Assembly: GCA_050251945.1 (NCBI GenBank)
Contig: JBFWLW010000009.1
Coordinates: forward strand, 1-64,000
Source: Deferribacterales bacterium
Lineage (GTDB): Bacteria; Chrysiogenota; Deferribacteres; Deferribacterales; Geovibrionaceae
Reading direction: 5' to 3'
Length of the DNA stretch: 64,000 nt
Numbering within the stretch: position 1 is the stretch's first letter; each line of letters starts with the position of its first letter. Both the position numbers and the translations under genes were made by a program. The notes below the pieces were generated by a model that saw only the letters and a list, made by a program, of their open reading frames with translations, was not told the DNA's origin and searched no databases. This document shows, piece by piece, positions 1 through 8,773 of the stretch.

Positions 1-179
1 TCGCAGCACAATTTTACTCATCAATAGGGTTTGGTTTATCAGTACAAAAAGCATTTGATCAATCTGTAGCATTATTAATGCTTGAAGACATGCATGAAGA
101 AGATACACCTAAATTATTTCACAATGAGAATGTTGACACAAACAAGACATTTTTAATAAAACCTAGCATAGAAAACTAA
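1..179 (+). CDS. 3' end of CHAT-domain (caspase-like) protein, truncated by window start
   Basis: Frame 3 reads AAQFYSSIGFGLSVQKAFDQSVALLMLEDMHEEDTPKLF...KPSIEN* (TAA 177-179). This resembles the C-terminal FAAQFYSxIGFGxSVxxAFxQ motif of CHAT proteins. Absent from the supplied ORF track. Confidence 0.7.
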   Translation, partial: AAQFYSSIGFGLSVQKAFDQSVALLMLEDMHEEDTPKLFHNENVDTNKTFLIKPSIEN

Positions 180-288
180 AGCGATATTCCTGCAATAATC
201 GAATCACCATGCCCGTTATTATAAGTAAATTAAATAGTTAACATGAACTCCTCCCCCGTCACACATCTTCAGATATGGGTCTTTTGTA

Positions 289-473
289 TTTGGTGGACTC
301 GAACGACTGCGAACGCCGACCAAAACCACGACACTATTGTATGGAATGGTTTCTGAACCGAACTTGTTGAAAACAGGGAGGATCAGCCGACAGGATGTCG
401 GCGGAAGTGAGCAGACTGGTCTTTTTGGCTGACTGCACGACGCAGGCAGACAAAAAGCGAGTCCCCCACCAAA
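289..473. repeat. GC-richer palindromic element with tRNA T-arm-like inverted ends
   Basis: TTTGGTGGACTCG (289-301) pairs imperfectly with CGAGTCCCCCACCAAA (458-473). Internal hairpins GCCGAC-AGGAT-GTCGGC (386-402) and CTTTTTG...CAAAAAG (421-457). Confidence 0.5.
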
Positions 474-502
474 GACATAAAAATGTACTGAAATTAAAAT
501 AA

Positions 503-1894
503 TTAATTTTCTAAAACCTTTTTAAGTTCTATAAGATTATATGCATATGAAAGTTTGAAATATGCAAAAGGGTGACCATCTGATGTAGCTTCTCTCATCC
601 ATTTTGTCATATTCCAACCAGCCTCAATCAAATCAGATGTTGCAAATATAAATTCAAGTGTATCAGTAAAAAATACAGTTATATCTGGGTTCTTACTATA
701 ATCAATTTCAGTTTTCGTACCATGAACATAGTATTTTCTACATTTAACTGCATGTTTCACTACAATGTCTAAATCTTTAAAATAATCACCCACTTTTTCT
801 TTTATAAGTCCTACTCTTTCGATAATTTTAGCTTCTAGGCTCTTTTCTCGTGGAGATTTCGATTTTATTAGAATATCAAATATATTAGCCGCACCAATTA
901 AACGGTCAATGTCATATTTTTTACCTTTTGAAATGCCATTAATATACCTAACCCTTGCATTCCTTTTATCTTCATCACATTTCAACCAATTTGAAAGTAC
1001 AGACCCAAAAATTTCTGGCTCTATTGCTGCTTGTATTGGGATATCTGTTGGATGAGGGATATGAAAATCATTAATACTGTCTCTTTTTGGAGGCATGCAC
1101 CAATACACTGTTAGCTGAACTGGTCTTTCTTGGGTGTTTGATAAGTTTAAAATTAAATCAGATACATTCTGCCGCCTGCCAGCAATAATTTCAATAAAAT
1201 TTAACAAAACATATATGTTTTCAATAGCTTCACTTATTGTCTTAGGCATCCCAAAAGTTATATTAAGCTTTATTGAATCTATGACTTTTATTCCATGTAC
1301 TCCTGGAAATTTTATCTTTGGGTTATGAGTCGCAGAAATAACTCCTAACTCTGTATCAACACTAAAAATCTGATATTTTCCTGTGTAATAAAATATCCAA
1401 GGGTTTTCACCTACCTCTATGTCTCTACCAATGCTTTCAGATTTCTTTTTTATAATGTCTTTTATTAATGGCGTTGAAGTATGAATTGAGCCGTATACAT
1501 CAAAATCATAAAAAATATTATGTGCGTCATCAATAATAAATGAGACCTCATGGATTACTTTTTCAGTAGCATATATATGACGATTACCAAAAATTACATA
1601 TCGAGGAAAAGTATCTAAAAAATCATGATTTTCGTATTTTGGAGGTACTACATCATCAATTAATATGCCTATTGACCCAGAGCTTTGATTAAAACAATCA
1701 ATCAAAGTTACTTTTGTACCATCATGTAGAGTACCAATAATTTCTGAGACATTTTGATATGTGCAACATTCGTCAGTATATAATGTCAGCTTTGTAGTCT
1801 CTGCATTAAGATGCAACTCACCTACTAGTTCCGAACTATCTCCAATTACAAATTTTCCTGTTTTACTCAGTTTTTCAATATCAATCATAATCAA
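503..1894 (-). CDS. ApeA-like HEPN-domain protein (putative anti-phage RNase)
   Basis: N-terminal beta-rich region (GTLHDGTKVTLIDC) resembles the ApeA N-terminal domain; C-terminal HEPN Rx4H motif RKYYVH; very AT-rich DNA. Confidence 0.75.
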   Translation of the reverse strand: MIMIDIEKLSKTGKFVIGDSSELVGELHLNAETTKLTLYTDECCTYQNVSEIIGTLHDGTKVTLIDCFNQSSGSIGILIDDVVPPKYENHDFLDTFPRYVIFGNRHIYATEKVIHEVSFIIDDAHNIFYDFDVYGSIHTSTPLIKDIIKKKSESIGRDIEVGENPWIFYYTGKYQIFSVDTELGVISATHNPKIKFPGVHGIKVIDSIKLNITFGMPKTISEAIENIYVLLNFIEIIAGRRQNVSDLILNLSNTQERPVQLTVYWCMPPKRDSINDFHIPHPTDIPIQAAIEPEIFGSVLSNWLKCDEDKRNARVRYINGISKGKKYDIDRLIGAANIFDILIKSKSPREKSLEAKIIERVGLIKEKVGDYFKDLDIVVKHAVKCRKYYVHGTKTEIDYSKNPDITVFFTDTLEFIFATSDLIEAGWNMTKWMREATSDGHPFAYFKLSYAYNLIELKKVLEN

Positions 1895-2046
1895 ACATCC
1901 ATAAGATACAAATTAGACTATTTTCATAAAGTTTATTTAAATTCAATTTCCAAAAAACTTCAATATGATTTCCCCCCCCCTCCCGTTATTCCCACTTGCC
2001 AACCAAAATTCATGGTAATACACTGACCTGAAAGGGAGGTTTCACC

Positions 2047-2781
2047 ATGCACGATTACAACGAACGCTACAGACGACAGATGATGATGATGGACTTTACG
2101 CCTGAGAAGCAGAAAAAACTGAAAAACGCATCGGTCTTCGTCGGCGGAATCGGCGGGCTTGGCGGCGCAACGGCGGCATATCTTGCCTGTGCGGGCGTCG
2201 GCAGGATAGTGATTTCCCATTACGGCAACCTCACCGAAACAAACATGAACCGTCAGCTGCTCATGGACATCAACCGCGTGGGCGAACCGCGCGTTGACAT
2301 TGCCTATGAAAACATGATGAAGATAAACCCCGACATGAAGCTTGAAATGCACAACGTGCGTCTGGATGAGGCAAAGGCAAAAGAACTTATCACCGGATGC
2401 GACATCGCAATGTCCGCACGCCCGAATTTTCCCGAACGCCTCGCTATGAACAAAGTATGCGTCGACCTCAATATCCCCATGGTGGAGGCGGCAATGGACG
2501 ATATGTTCGGATATCTTTTTACAGTGATGCCCCATAAAACTGCTTGTCTTGCATGCAACATGCCGGAAAACGACAAGGACTGGAAGGAACTAGGTTTCGG
2601 CGTTCTCGGCGCTGTTTCCGGCACGATAGGCTGTCTGGCGGCAGTGGAGATAATCAAGATAATCACGGGACACGGCGAACCGCTGAACGGGCGTATGATG
2701 CACATAGATTTCATGAAAATGCGCACGGTGATGCCAAAGCTCAGACGCAACCCCGCATGTCCGGTATGTTCACACAAATAA
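2047..2781 (+). CDS. HesA/MoeB/ThiF family adenylyltransferase
   Basis: GxGGLG, NMNRQ, CLAC and CPVC zinc motifs; SD GGAGG upstream. Confidence 0.9.
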   Translation: MHDYNERYRRQMMMMDFTPEKQKKLKNASVFVGGIGGLGGATAAYLACAGVGRIVISHYGNLTETNMNRQLLMDINRVGEPRVDIAYENMMKINPDMKLEMHNVRLDEAKAKELITGCDIAMSARPNFPERLAMNKVCVDLNIPMVEAAMDDMFGYLFTVMPHKTACLACNMPENDKDWKELGFGVLGAVSGTIGCLAAVEIIKIITGHGEPLNGRMMHIDFMKMRTVMPKLRRNPACPVCSHK

Positions 2782-2840
2782 GGTTGTAAATTCCTCCGTA
2801 TCCTTTATCCTTATGGTATGATTTATCTGGAGGAACAAAC

Positions 2841-4253
2841 GTGAGAAAAACAAAGATCGTCGCAACCATCGGACCCTCTTCGTGTGACAAAGAAACTCTT
2901 TCACAGCTTATAGATGCAGGGCTTAACGTCGCCCGCCTTAACTTCTCCCACGGGACTCATGAATCTCACGGCGAAATGATAGATACCATCCGCGAACTCG
3001 CAAACAAAAAAGGCACATCCGTAACCATTCTGCAGGATCTCTGCGGTCCCAAAATACGCCTTGGCATCCTGCCGGAATCAGGTATAGAGCTTAAATCCGG
3101 CGAAACATGCCAGCTGGCATCAGAGAACTATGCAGAAGGCGGCATCATGCCGGTGCAATATCCAAACTTTTCAGAAGACCTTAACATAGGAGACAGGGTA
3201 CTCCTTGCCGACGGAGCAATGGAACTCAAAGTTGAAACTATCGAGGGGCATATCGTCACCTGTCGCATTTTGAACGGCGGCATCGCGTACACCAAAAAAG
3301 GCGTTAACATGCCCTCAACCAACCTCAGCATTGTGGCATTCACCGAAAAAGACCGAGCCGACCTGATGTTCGGGCTTGAAAAAGGTGTGGACGCAGTTGC
3401 TCTTTCTTTCGTACGCGGAGCGGCAGACCTTGTTAAAATACGCTCAATACTGGCAAAACAGGACAACGCACCCCTGCTGATCGCGAAAATTGAGAAACCG
3501 CAGGCTGTACAGAATCTGGACGAGATACTCCCCATGGTCGACGGCATAATGGTTGCCCGCGGCGATCTCGGTGTAGAAATGCCACTTTACGAAGTACCGG
3601 TCATCCAGAAACAGGTTATAAAAAAAGCCCGCAAGGAGGGCAAAATAATCATAACCGCCACACAGATGCTGAAAAGCATGGTAGATAATTTCCGCCCCAC
3701 CCGCGCGGAATGTACTGACGTTGCGAACGCAATGTTCGACGGTACTTGCGGCATAATGCTTTCCGAAGAGACAGCATCGGGCGCATATCCCGTTGAGGCG
3801 GTAAACGTCATGAACAAGCTGGCAGAGGCTACTGAAAGCCATATCAACTATGAAATGGGTGTGGACAGTTCGTCAAGCGATACTCACACGAAGTCAGTTT
3901 CGTGGGCTGTGGGACGTTCGGCGAGCTGGCTTGCGAAGGATCTGGGTGCCAAAGCCATAGTGGCATATACGGAATCCGGATTCACGGTCTCTTCCGTGGC
4001 GCGTTTCCGCCCTGTCTGCCCTATTCTGGGACTTACCCCCAACGAACACACTTTCCGCAAGCTGAACATGTTCTGGGGTGTTATTCCCGGGCATTGCGGC
4101 GGATTTTCCGACCTTGACGAACTTTTTGCGAACGCGGCGGAATTTGCAGTGGCAAAAGGTCTGGCAAAATCAGGCGACAGAATAGTAATAACAGCCGGAA
4201 CACCTCTCGGTGTCCGCGGCTCAACAAATATGGTGAAGGTATTTGAAATATGA
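2841..4253 (+). CDS. pyk: pyruvate kinase
   Basis: RKTKIVATIGP, ARLNFSHG, IAKIE, MVARGDLGVE, TATQML motifs. Confidence 0.97.
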   Translation: MRKTKIVATIGPSSCDKETLSQLIDAGLNVARLNFSHGTHESHGEMIDTIRELANKKGTSVTILQDLCGPKIRLGILPESGIELKSGETCQLASENYAEGGIMPVQYPNFSEDLNIGDRVLLADGAMELKVETIEGHIVTCRILNGGIAYTKKGVNMPSTNLSIVAFTEKDRADLMFGLEKGVDAVALSFVRGAADLVKIRSILAKQDNAPLLIAKIEKPQAVQNLDEILPMVDGIMVARGDLGVEMPLYEVPVIQKQVIKKARKEGKIIITATQMLKSMVDNFRPTRAECTDVANAMFDGTCGIMLSEETASGAYPVEAVNVMNKLAEATESHINYEMGVDSSSSDTHTKSVSWAVGRSASWLAKDLGAKAIVAYTESGFTVSSVARFRPVCPILGLTPNEHTFRKLNMFWGVIPGHCGGFSDLDELFANAAEFAVAKGLAKSGDRIVITAGTPLGVRGSTNMVKVFEI

Positions 4254-4666
4254 AAGAACTGCACGACATAACAGGTTCGCTTTCAGTCGCACTTATAGTG
4301 TGCCTTGTGGTGCTGGGCATGGCTGTTTTTCAATATGCCCAGATAAAAGGGATCATAAACATTAAGCGCCCGCTGCTGGTAAAAATTCATTTTTACCTCA
4401 CCCCAGCTCTGCTCGCCGTGCTTCTGGTGCATTTTTTCACAACAGATAAGCACCCGCTGACACTTGTGGCAGGCGTTCTGATACTTGCCTTAACAGCGCT
4501 GACAGGCATTGCACTGCGGCTGAAAAAACTGCGCGCCCGCAACTTCAGACCCATAGTATATATGAAAGTAGCCCTGCTGTGCATCGCTATGATACTGACC
4601 GCGATAGGTCATAATTCTCTTGACGAACACAGGCAGAGCATAAACACGCAGGACACTGCAAATTAA
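4250..4666 (+). CDS. small membrane protein (about 4 TM segments)
   Basis: Hydrophobic segments; ATGA overlap with the pyk stop. Confidence 0.7.
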   Translation: MKELHDITGSLSVALIVCLVVLGMAVFQYAQIKGIINIKRPLLVKIHFYLTPALLAVLLVHFFTTDKHPLTLVAGVLILALTALTGIALRLKKLRARNFRPIVYMKVALLCIAMILTAIGHNSLDEHRQSINTQDTAN

Positions 4667-5681
4667 GGCGTTTCTGACCGCCCTCATACTTTTTTCGTTA
4701 TTTTCAGCAGCCGATGCAGCCGAAAGCTGGACATTGGCATTCTATCTTGCGGACGGAATAAATTTCTATCACGAACAGCAGGAAAACGTTCAGGAGATAT
4801 GCCGTAACAAACCGAAAAACTTCAAAATAATCTTTCTGCACGACCGCAGAAAAAACAGAGAGGACGTCTCGAATCTTAAAGATATCACATACGTTTCAGA
4901 CTGCGGCAAGTTCATTGATATACCGGACATTTCAACCGAAACATACAGTACGGACACTCTCAGAGCCTTCTTTTCTTATGTACGGAAAAACTATCCTTCG
5001 GACAGGTATTTCTATTCCATAACTGCGCACGGCGTGCCGCCTTATATGAACGACAAAGGTTCTCTGAATGCTCTTCAGATACGCGCGGCGCTGAAAGGCA
5101 ATGAACCCGATGTTCTTGGGCTTGATATGTGCTACATGGGGAGCATTGAGAGTCTGGTTATCCTGAAAAATACGGCAAAATATATAATTTCAGCATCCAC
5201 CACGGTTCCCGCGAAGGGCAATGATTATGCAGTGTTCACTGATTATTTTACAAAACATTCAGAAATCACTCCAAAAGATGCCGCAAGAGCATATCTGAAC
5301 GGTTACAGAAAATCGTACGAAAACAGCGATCAACCCCTTACAGTCTTCATTACGGACATGGGAGAACCGCTTAACAAAACAGTCGGTCTATTCCGCGACA
5401 GAATAAGCCGTCTGAACGTGCGTCCATACAATAACCTGCCTGAAAACGCTGTGACACTTTTCGGTATAAACGGAGATTTTAACGGACTTCTCGACGCGCT
5501 CAAAATTGGACATAAGAACATATTCACAGAAACTTACAGCAAAAATACGTCACTGAAAGGCGCAGGAATTTTCTTTCCGGTCAGGCGCACCATCCTGAAT
5601 CAGACACTTTACGGGTACAGGCTTTTTCAGAAACAAAACGGTCTCGGCACGGAATGGGCAGACATTCTCAGACTCTATTAA
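4662..5681 (+). CDS. clostripain-like (peptidase C11) secreted cysteine protease
   Basis: WTLAFYLAD N-terminal strand, TAHG (catalytic His) and DMCYMG (catalytic Cys). The frame extends upstream of the tracked TTG at 4734 into a signal peptide; probable start ATT at 4662. Confidence 0.75.
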   Translation: MKAFLTALILFSLFSAADAAESWTLAFYLADGINFYHEQQENVQEICRNKPKNFKIIFLHDRRKNREDVSNLKDITYVSDCGKFIDIPDISTETYSTDTLRAFFSYVRKNYPSDRYFYSITAHGVPPYMNDKGSLNALQIRAALKGNEPDVLGLDMCYMGSIESLVILKNTAKYIISASTTVPAKGNDYAVFTDYFTKHSEITPKDAARAYLNGYRKSYENSDQPLTVFITDMGEPLNKTVGLFRDRISRLNVRPYNNLPENAVTLFGINGDFNGLLDALKIGHKNIFTETYSKNTSLKGAGIFFPVRRTILNQTLYGYRLFQKQNGLGTEWADILRLY

Positions 5682-5742
5682 TAAGACAGATTTAGTACAA
5701 TTTATTCATTGATTTTTAACATTAAAGTCCGATATTAAATCT

Positions 5743-6108
5743 ATGATAATAAAACACAACACAGCTCAGATCGGCGGAAGTGTCATACAACACTGCACCG
5801 AAATAACTGATTCGGATCTACAGCTTGTTTTCGATTACCTCTTCCACAAGCAGTGCTTAAAAATATGGGAAGCTGGGGGCGGAATATGCAGGCGTGCAGA
5901 CTATACAATATACCCTTTGGCTGCTGACGATCCGGGATCACTATGGCAATTTGAATCGGTAAGAGACATGGTTTCAGTGCAGATCGAAAGGACATTCAAC
6001 CTCGGTGAAATGAGAAACATTGCAACGAAAGCGCTTACTGTGGCGCTGGCTTTGAGGATGCTGTCTGCTGACATGCTTCCGGCATCAGCCGGGCTTTACA
6101 ATATATAA
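5743..6108 (+). CDS. hypothetical protein
   Basis: Isolated 121-aa ORF with no recognised motif. Confidence 0.5.
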   Translation: MIIKHNTAQIGGSVIQHCTEITDSDLQLVFDYLFHKQCLKIWEAGGGICRRADYTIYPLAADDPGSLWQFESVRDMVSVQIERTFNLGEMRNIATKALTVALALRMLSADMLPASAGLYNI

Positions 6109-6717
6109 AATTATTTTATAAGCCCTAAAAAACAGACGGCATTATAAAAACACTGCCTTCGTTTAACTGCCTTAGAATCTAAGCCGGAAACCTATGGATA
6201 CTGTATACGGTATACGATAATTTTGAGCGTCAGAACCTTTGTGGTGCATAAATGTGCGCAAAACATGAGGAACACTGCCTTATCCTATATAACAAAGTTT
6301 TACTATGGCGTAAGCCTGAATTTTTAAATATTTTTTTAAACCACTCATTCTGAACACACGTAAATCATATTAATTATAAAATAGTATTACTAAAAAAGAT
6401 ATAACCCGCCAAATATAAGTAAAACCACTGTCAATAAGCATGTTTTTATGATTACATATTTAAAAGATATGAATTTAATAGAAAACAAAGAAAAACAAAA
6501 ACTATACTTTTGCGATTTTTGAAAACCGTTTGAATCGGTGTTTTAAAAAAAATCAACTTAGAATCGGCTATTGCATTAATTTATTTTGCATGTATTTAGA
6601 TACTAACGGTCACAAACACATATATAGACCGAACTATTCATTATTTGCATACGTTTGAAAGATTCCTATTATTGCTTACGTTTCAGATTCACTAATTTTA
6701 ACTTTTTGAGGTTTAAA

Positions 6718-7821
6718 ATGTCTGATAACACTCTGTTCAGCACAGGGCTCCACAGACGTGATTTCCTGCGTCTTACCGCAGGTCTGACCGCTCTGATGGG
6801 TCTTCCTTACGCTATGCACTCAAAGGTTGCCGAAGCGGCCACAGCGGACAACAGACCGCCCGTAATCTGGCTTCACTTTCAGGAATGTACAGGCTGTTCC
6901 GAATCCCTCATCCGTTCAGGACATCCGGATCCGGCAGCACTCATCCTCGACCTTATCTCACTTGACTACCACGAAACACTTATGATCGGTTCCGGTCACC
7001 AGGCTGAAAAATCACTTGAAGACAGCATGAAAGCAAACTGGGGCAAATACATCCTCGTTGTTGAGGGCGCGGTTCCACTTGCTGAAGACGGAATTTACTG
7101 CAAAGTTGCAGGCAAAAAAGCGGTCGACTCACTTAAAGACGCCTCAGAAGGCGCCGCCGCTGTAATCTGCATTGGTACCTGCGCTGCGTTCGGCGGTGTT
7201 CAGGCTGCAGATCCCAACCCAACACAGGCTGTTTCGGCTTCAAGCCTTGTTAAGGACAAACCCGTGATCAACATCCCCGGATGTCCTCCCAGCCCCTACA
7301 ACCTGCTTGCAACTATCCTTTACTACCTGACATTCAACAAACTGCCCAAACTCGACAAACTCGGCAGACCCGAATTTGCATACGGCAGAAGAATACACGA
7401 ACATTGCGAACGCAGACCCCACTTTGACGCGGGCAGATTCGCAGAACAGTTCGGCGACCAGGGTCACTCTGAAGGCTGGTGTCTTTTCAAACTCGGCTGC
7501 AAAGGTCCCGTTACATTTGCAAACTGCTCAGTACAGCGTTTCAACGACGTTGGCGTATGGCCTGTTTCCATGGGTCACCCCTGCATCGGCTGTACAGAAC
7601 CCGACGTTATGTTCCACACATCAATCTATGACAAAGCGCAGATCCATGAAATTACTCCGCCCGATTTCTACCCCAACGCCAACCCCGCACCCCGCGGCAA
7701 AGGTGCTGATCCGGTCACAACCGGCGTTATCGGTATGGTAGCAGGCGCCGCTATCGCAGCAAGTGCGATCATGGCGAACAAGCTGCCTAAAGGAGGGGAT
7801 GATGAAGAAGACAAGGCGTGA
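6718..7821 (+). CDS. hybO: [NiFe]-hydrogenase small subunit (Tat-exported)
   Basis: RRDFL Tat motif, ECTGC, GCPP, CLFKLGCKGP, CIGC, C-terminal TM. Likely start ATG 6718 after GAGG. Confidence 0.93.
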   Translation: MSDNTLFSTGLHRRDFLRLTAGLTALMGLPYAMHSKVAEAATADNRPPVIWLHFQECTGCSESLIRSGHPDPAALILDLISLDYHETLMIGSGHQAEKSLEDSMKANWGKYILVVEGAVPLAEDGIYCKVAGKKAVDSLKDASEGAAAVICIGTCAAFGGVQAADPNPTQAVSASSLVKDKPVINIPGCPPSPYNLLATILYYLTFNKLPKLDKLGRPEFAYGRRIHEHCERRPHFDAGRFAEQFGDQGHSEGWCLFKLGCKGPVTFANCSVQRFNDVGVWPVSMGHPCIGCTEPDVMFHTSIYDKAQIHEITPPDFYPNANPAPRGKGADPVTTGVIGMVAGAAIAASAIMANKLPKGGDDEEDKA

Positions 7822-8773
7822 TTTCCTGAAAACTGCCGCAGTAGGCGGAGCGCTGATGATTGCGCCCCTTTCTGCATCCGCGCAGCAAGAAATCAAAGCC
7901 GATGACGAAGCCGTAGGCATGTTCTATGACTCAACACTTTGCGTCGGCTGTAAGGCGTGCGTTTCAAAGTGCAAGCAGGTCAACGACATGGCGGCAGCAC
8001 CTATGCCCGGCGACAGCGACAGGGTATGGGACGCTCCCGAGGATCTTGACTACCGCACAAGAAACATCATCAAACTTTATAAAGATGAAAAAGACCCGGA
8101 AAAGCACGCATATGTAAAATACCAGTGCATGCATTGCATCAAACCTTCATGCGTTTCCGCATGTCCCGTTTCCGCAATGCAGAAAGAAAAAGGCACAGGT
8201 ATCGTTTTCTATGACAAAAACATCTGCATAGGCTGCCGTTACTGTCAGGTTGCCTGTCCGTTCAACATACCCAAATTTGAATGGCCGGAGACATTCCCTA
8301 AAATAGTAAAATGCGACCTTTGCAAATTTACCAACCTTAAACTGAAGAACATCCCCGCATGCTGCGAGGTCTGCCCGACCAACGCCGTTATCTACGGAAA
8401 ACGCAAAGACCTTCTGGCAGAAGCAAAACGCCGTCAGGCAGAAAACCCCGGAAAATATGAAAAACATATCTACGGCGAGTTTGAAGTCGGCGGAACTAAC
8501 GTTATCTACCTTGCGGGAACAGACTTCAACAATCTCGGATTCCCCGAGCTCGAAACAGAATCAGCGGCTCTTGTGTCAGAACACGTTCAGCACACGCTTT
8601 ACAAAGGCTTCATAGCCCCCGTTGCACTGTACGGTTTCCTTGCTTTCGTTGCTCTGCGCAACAGGAAATCTGCTGAAGAAGTGGCTCACGAACACGAGAC
8701 TGAGCACGAGCTTGCGATTGAAATCGAACACGAGCTTGAGAAGGAGAAAGAAGGGAAGGAGGGCAAACACTAA
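7799..8773 (+). CDS. hybA: hydrogenase-2 Fe-S (4x[4Fe-4S]) subunit
   Basis: TRRDFLK Tat motif; CVGCKAC, CMHC...C, CIGCRYCQVACP, CDLC...CCEVCP. Confidence 0.92.
   Translation: MMKKTRRDFLKTAAVGGALMIAPLSASAQQEIKADDEAVGMFYDSTLCVGCKACVSKCKQVNDMAAAPMPGDSDRVWDAPEDLDYRTRNIIKLYKDEKDPEKHAYVKYQCMHCIKPSCVSACPVSAMQKEKGTGIVFYDKNICIGCRYCQVACPFNIPKFEWPETFPKIVKCDLCKFTNLKLKNIPACCEVCPTNAVIYGKRKDLLAEAKRRQAENPGKYEKHIYGEFEVGGTNVIYLAGTDFNNLGFPELETESAALVSEHVQHTLYKGFIAPVALYGFLAFVALRNRKSAEEVAHEHETEHELAIEIEHELEKEKEGKEGKH

Noticed and set aside
245..480. tRNA gene or integron attC site
   Set aside because: No cloverleaf and no clear RYYYAAC/GTTRRRY ends; reported only as a structured element.
1971..1984. C9 homopolymer as a phase-variation switch
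   Set aside because: Intergenic and upstream of the apparent -35 (TTGCCA), so no clear consequence of length change.
6558..6576. Possible sigma54 promoter upstream of hybO (TAGAATCGGCTATTGCA)
   Set aside because: Lacks the invariant GG at -24.
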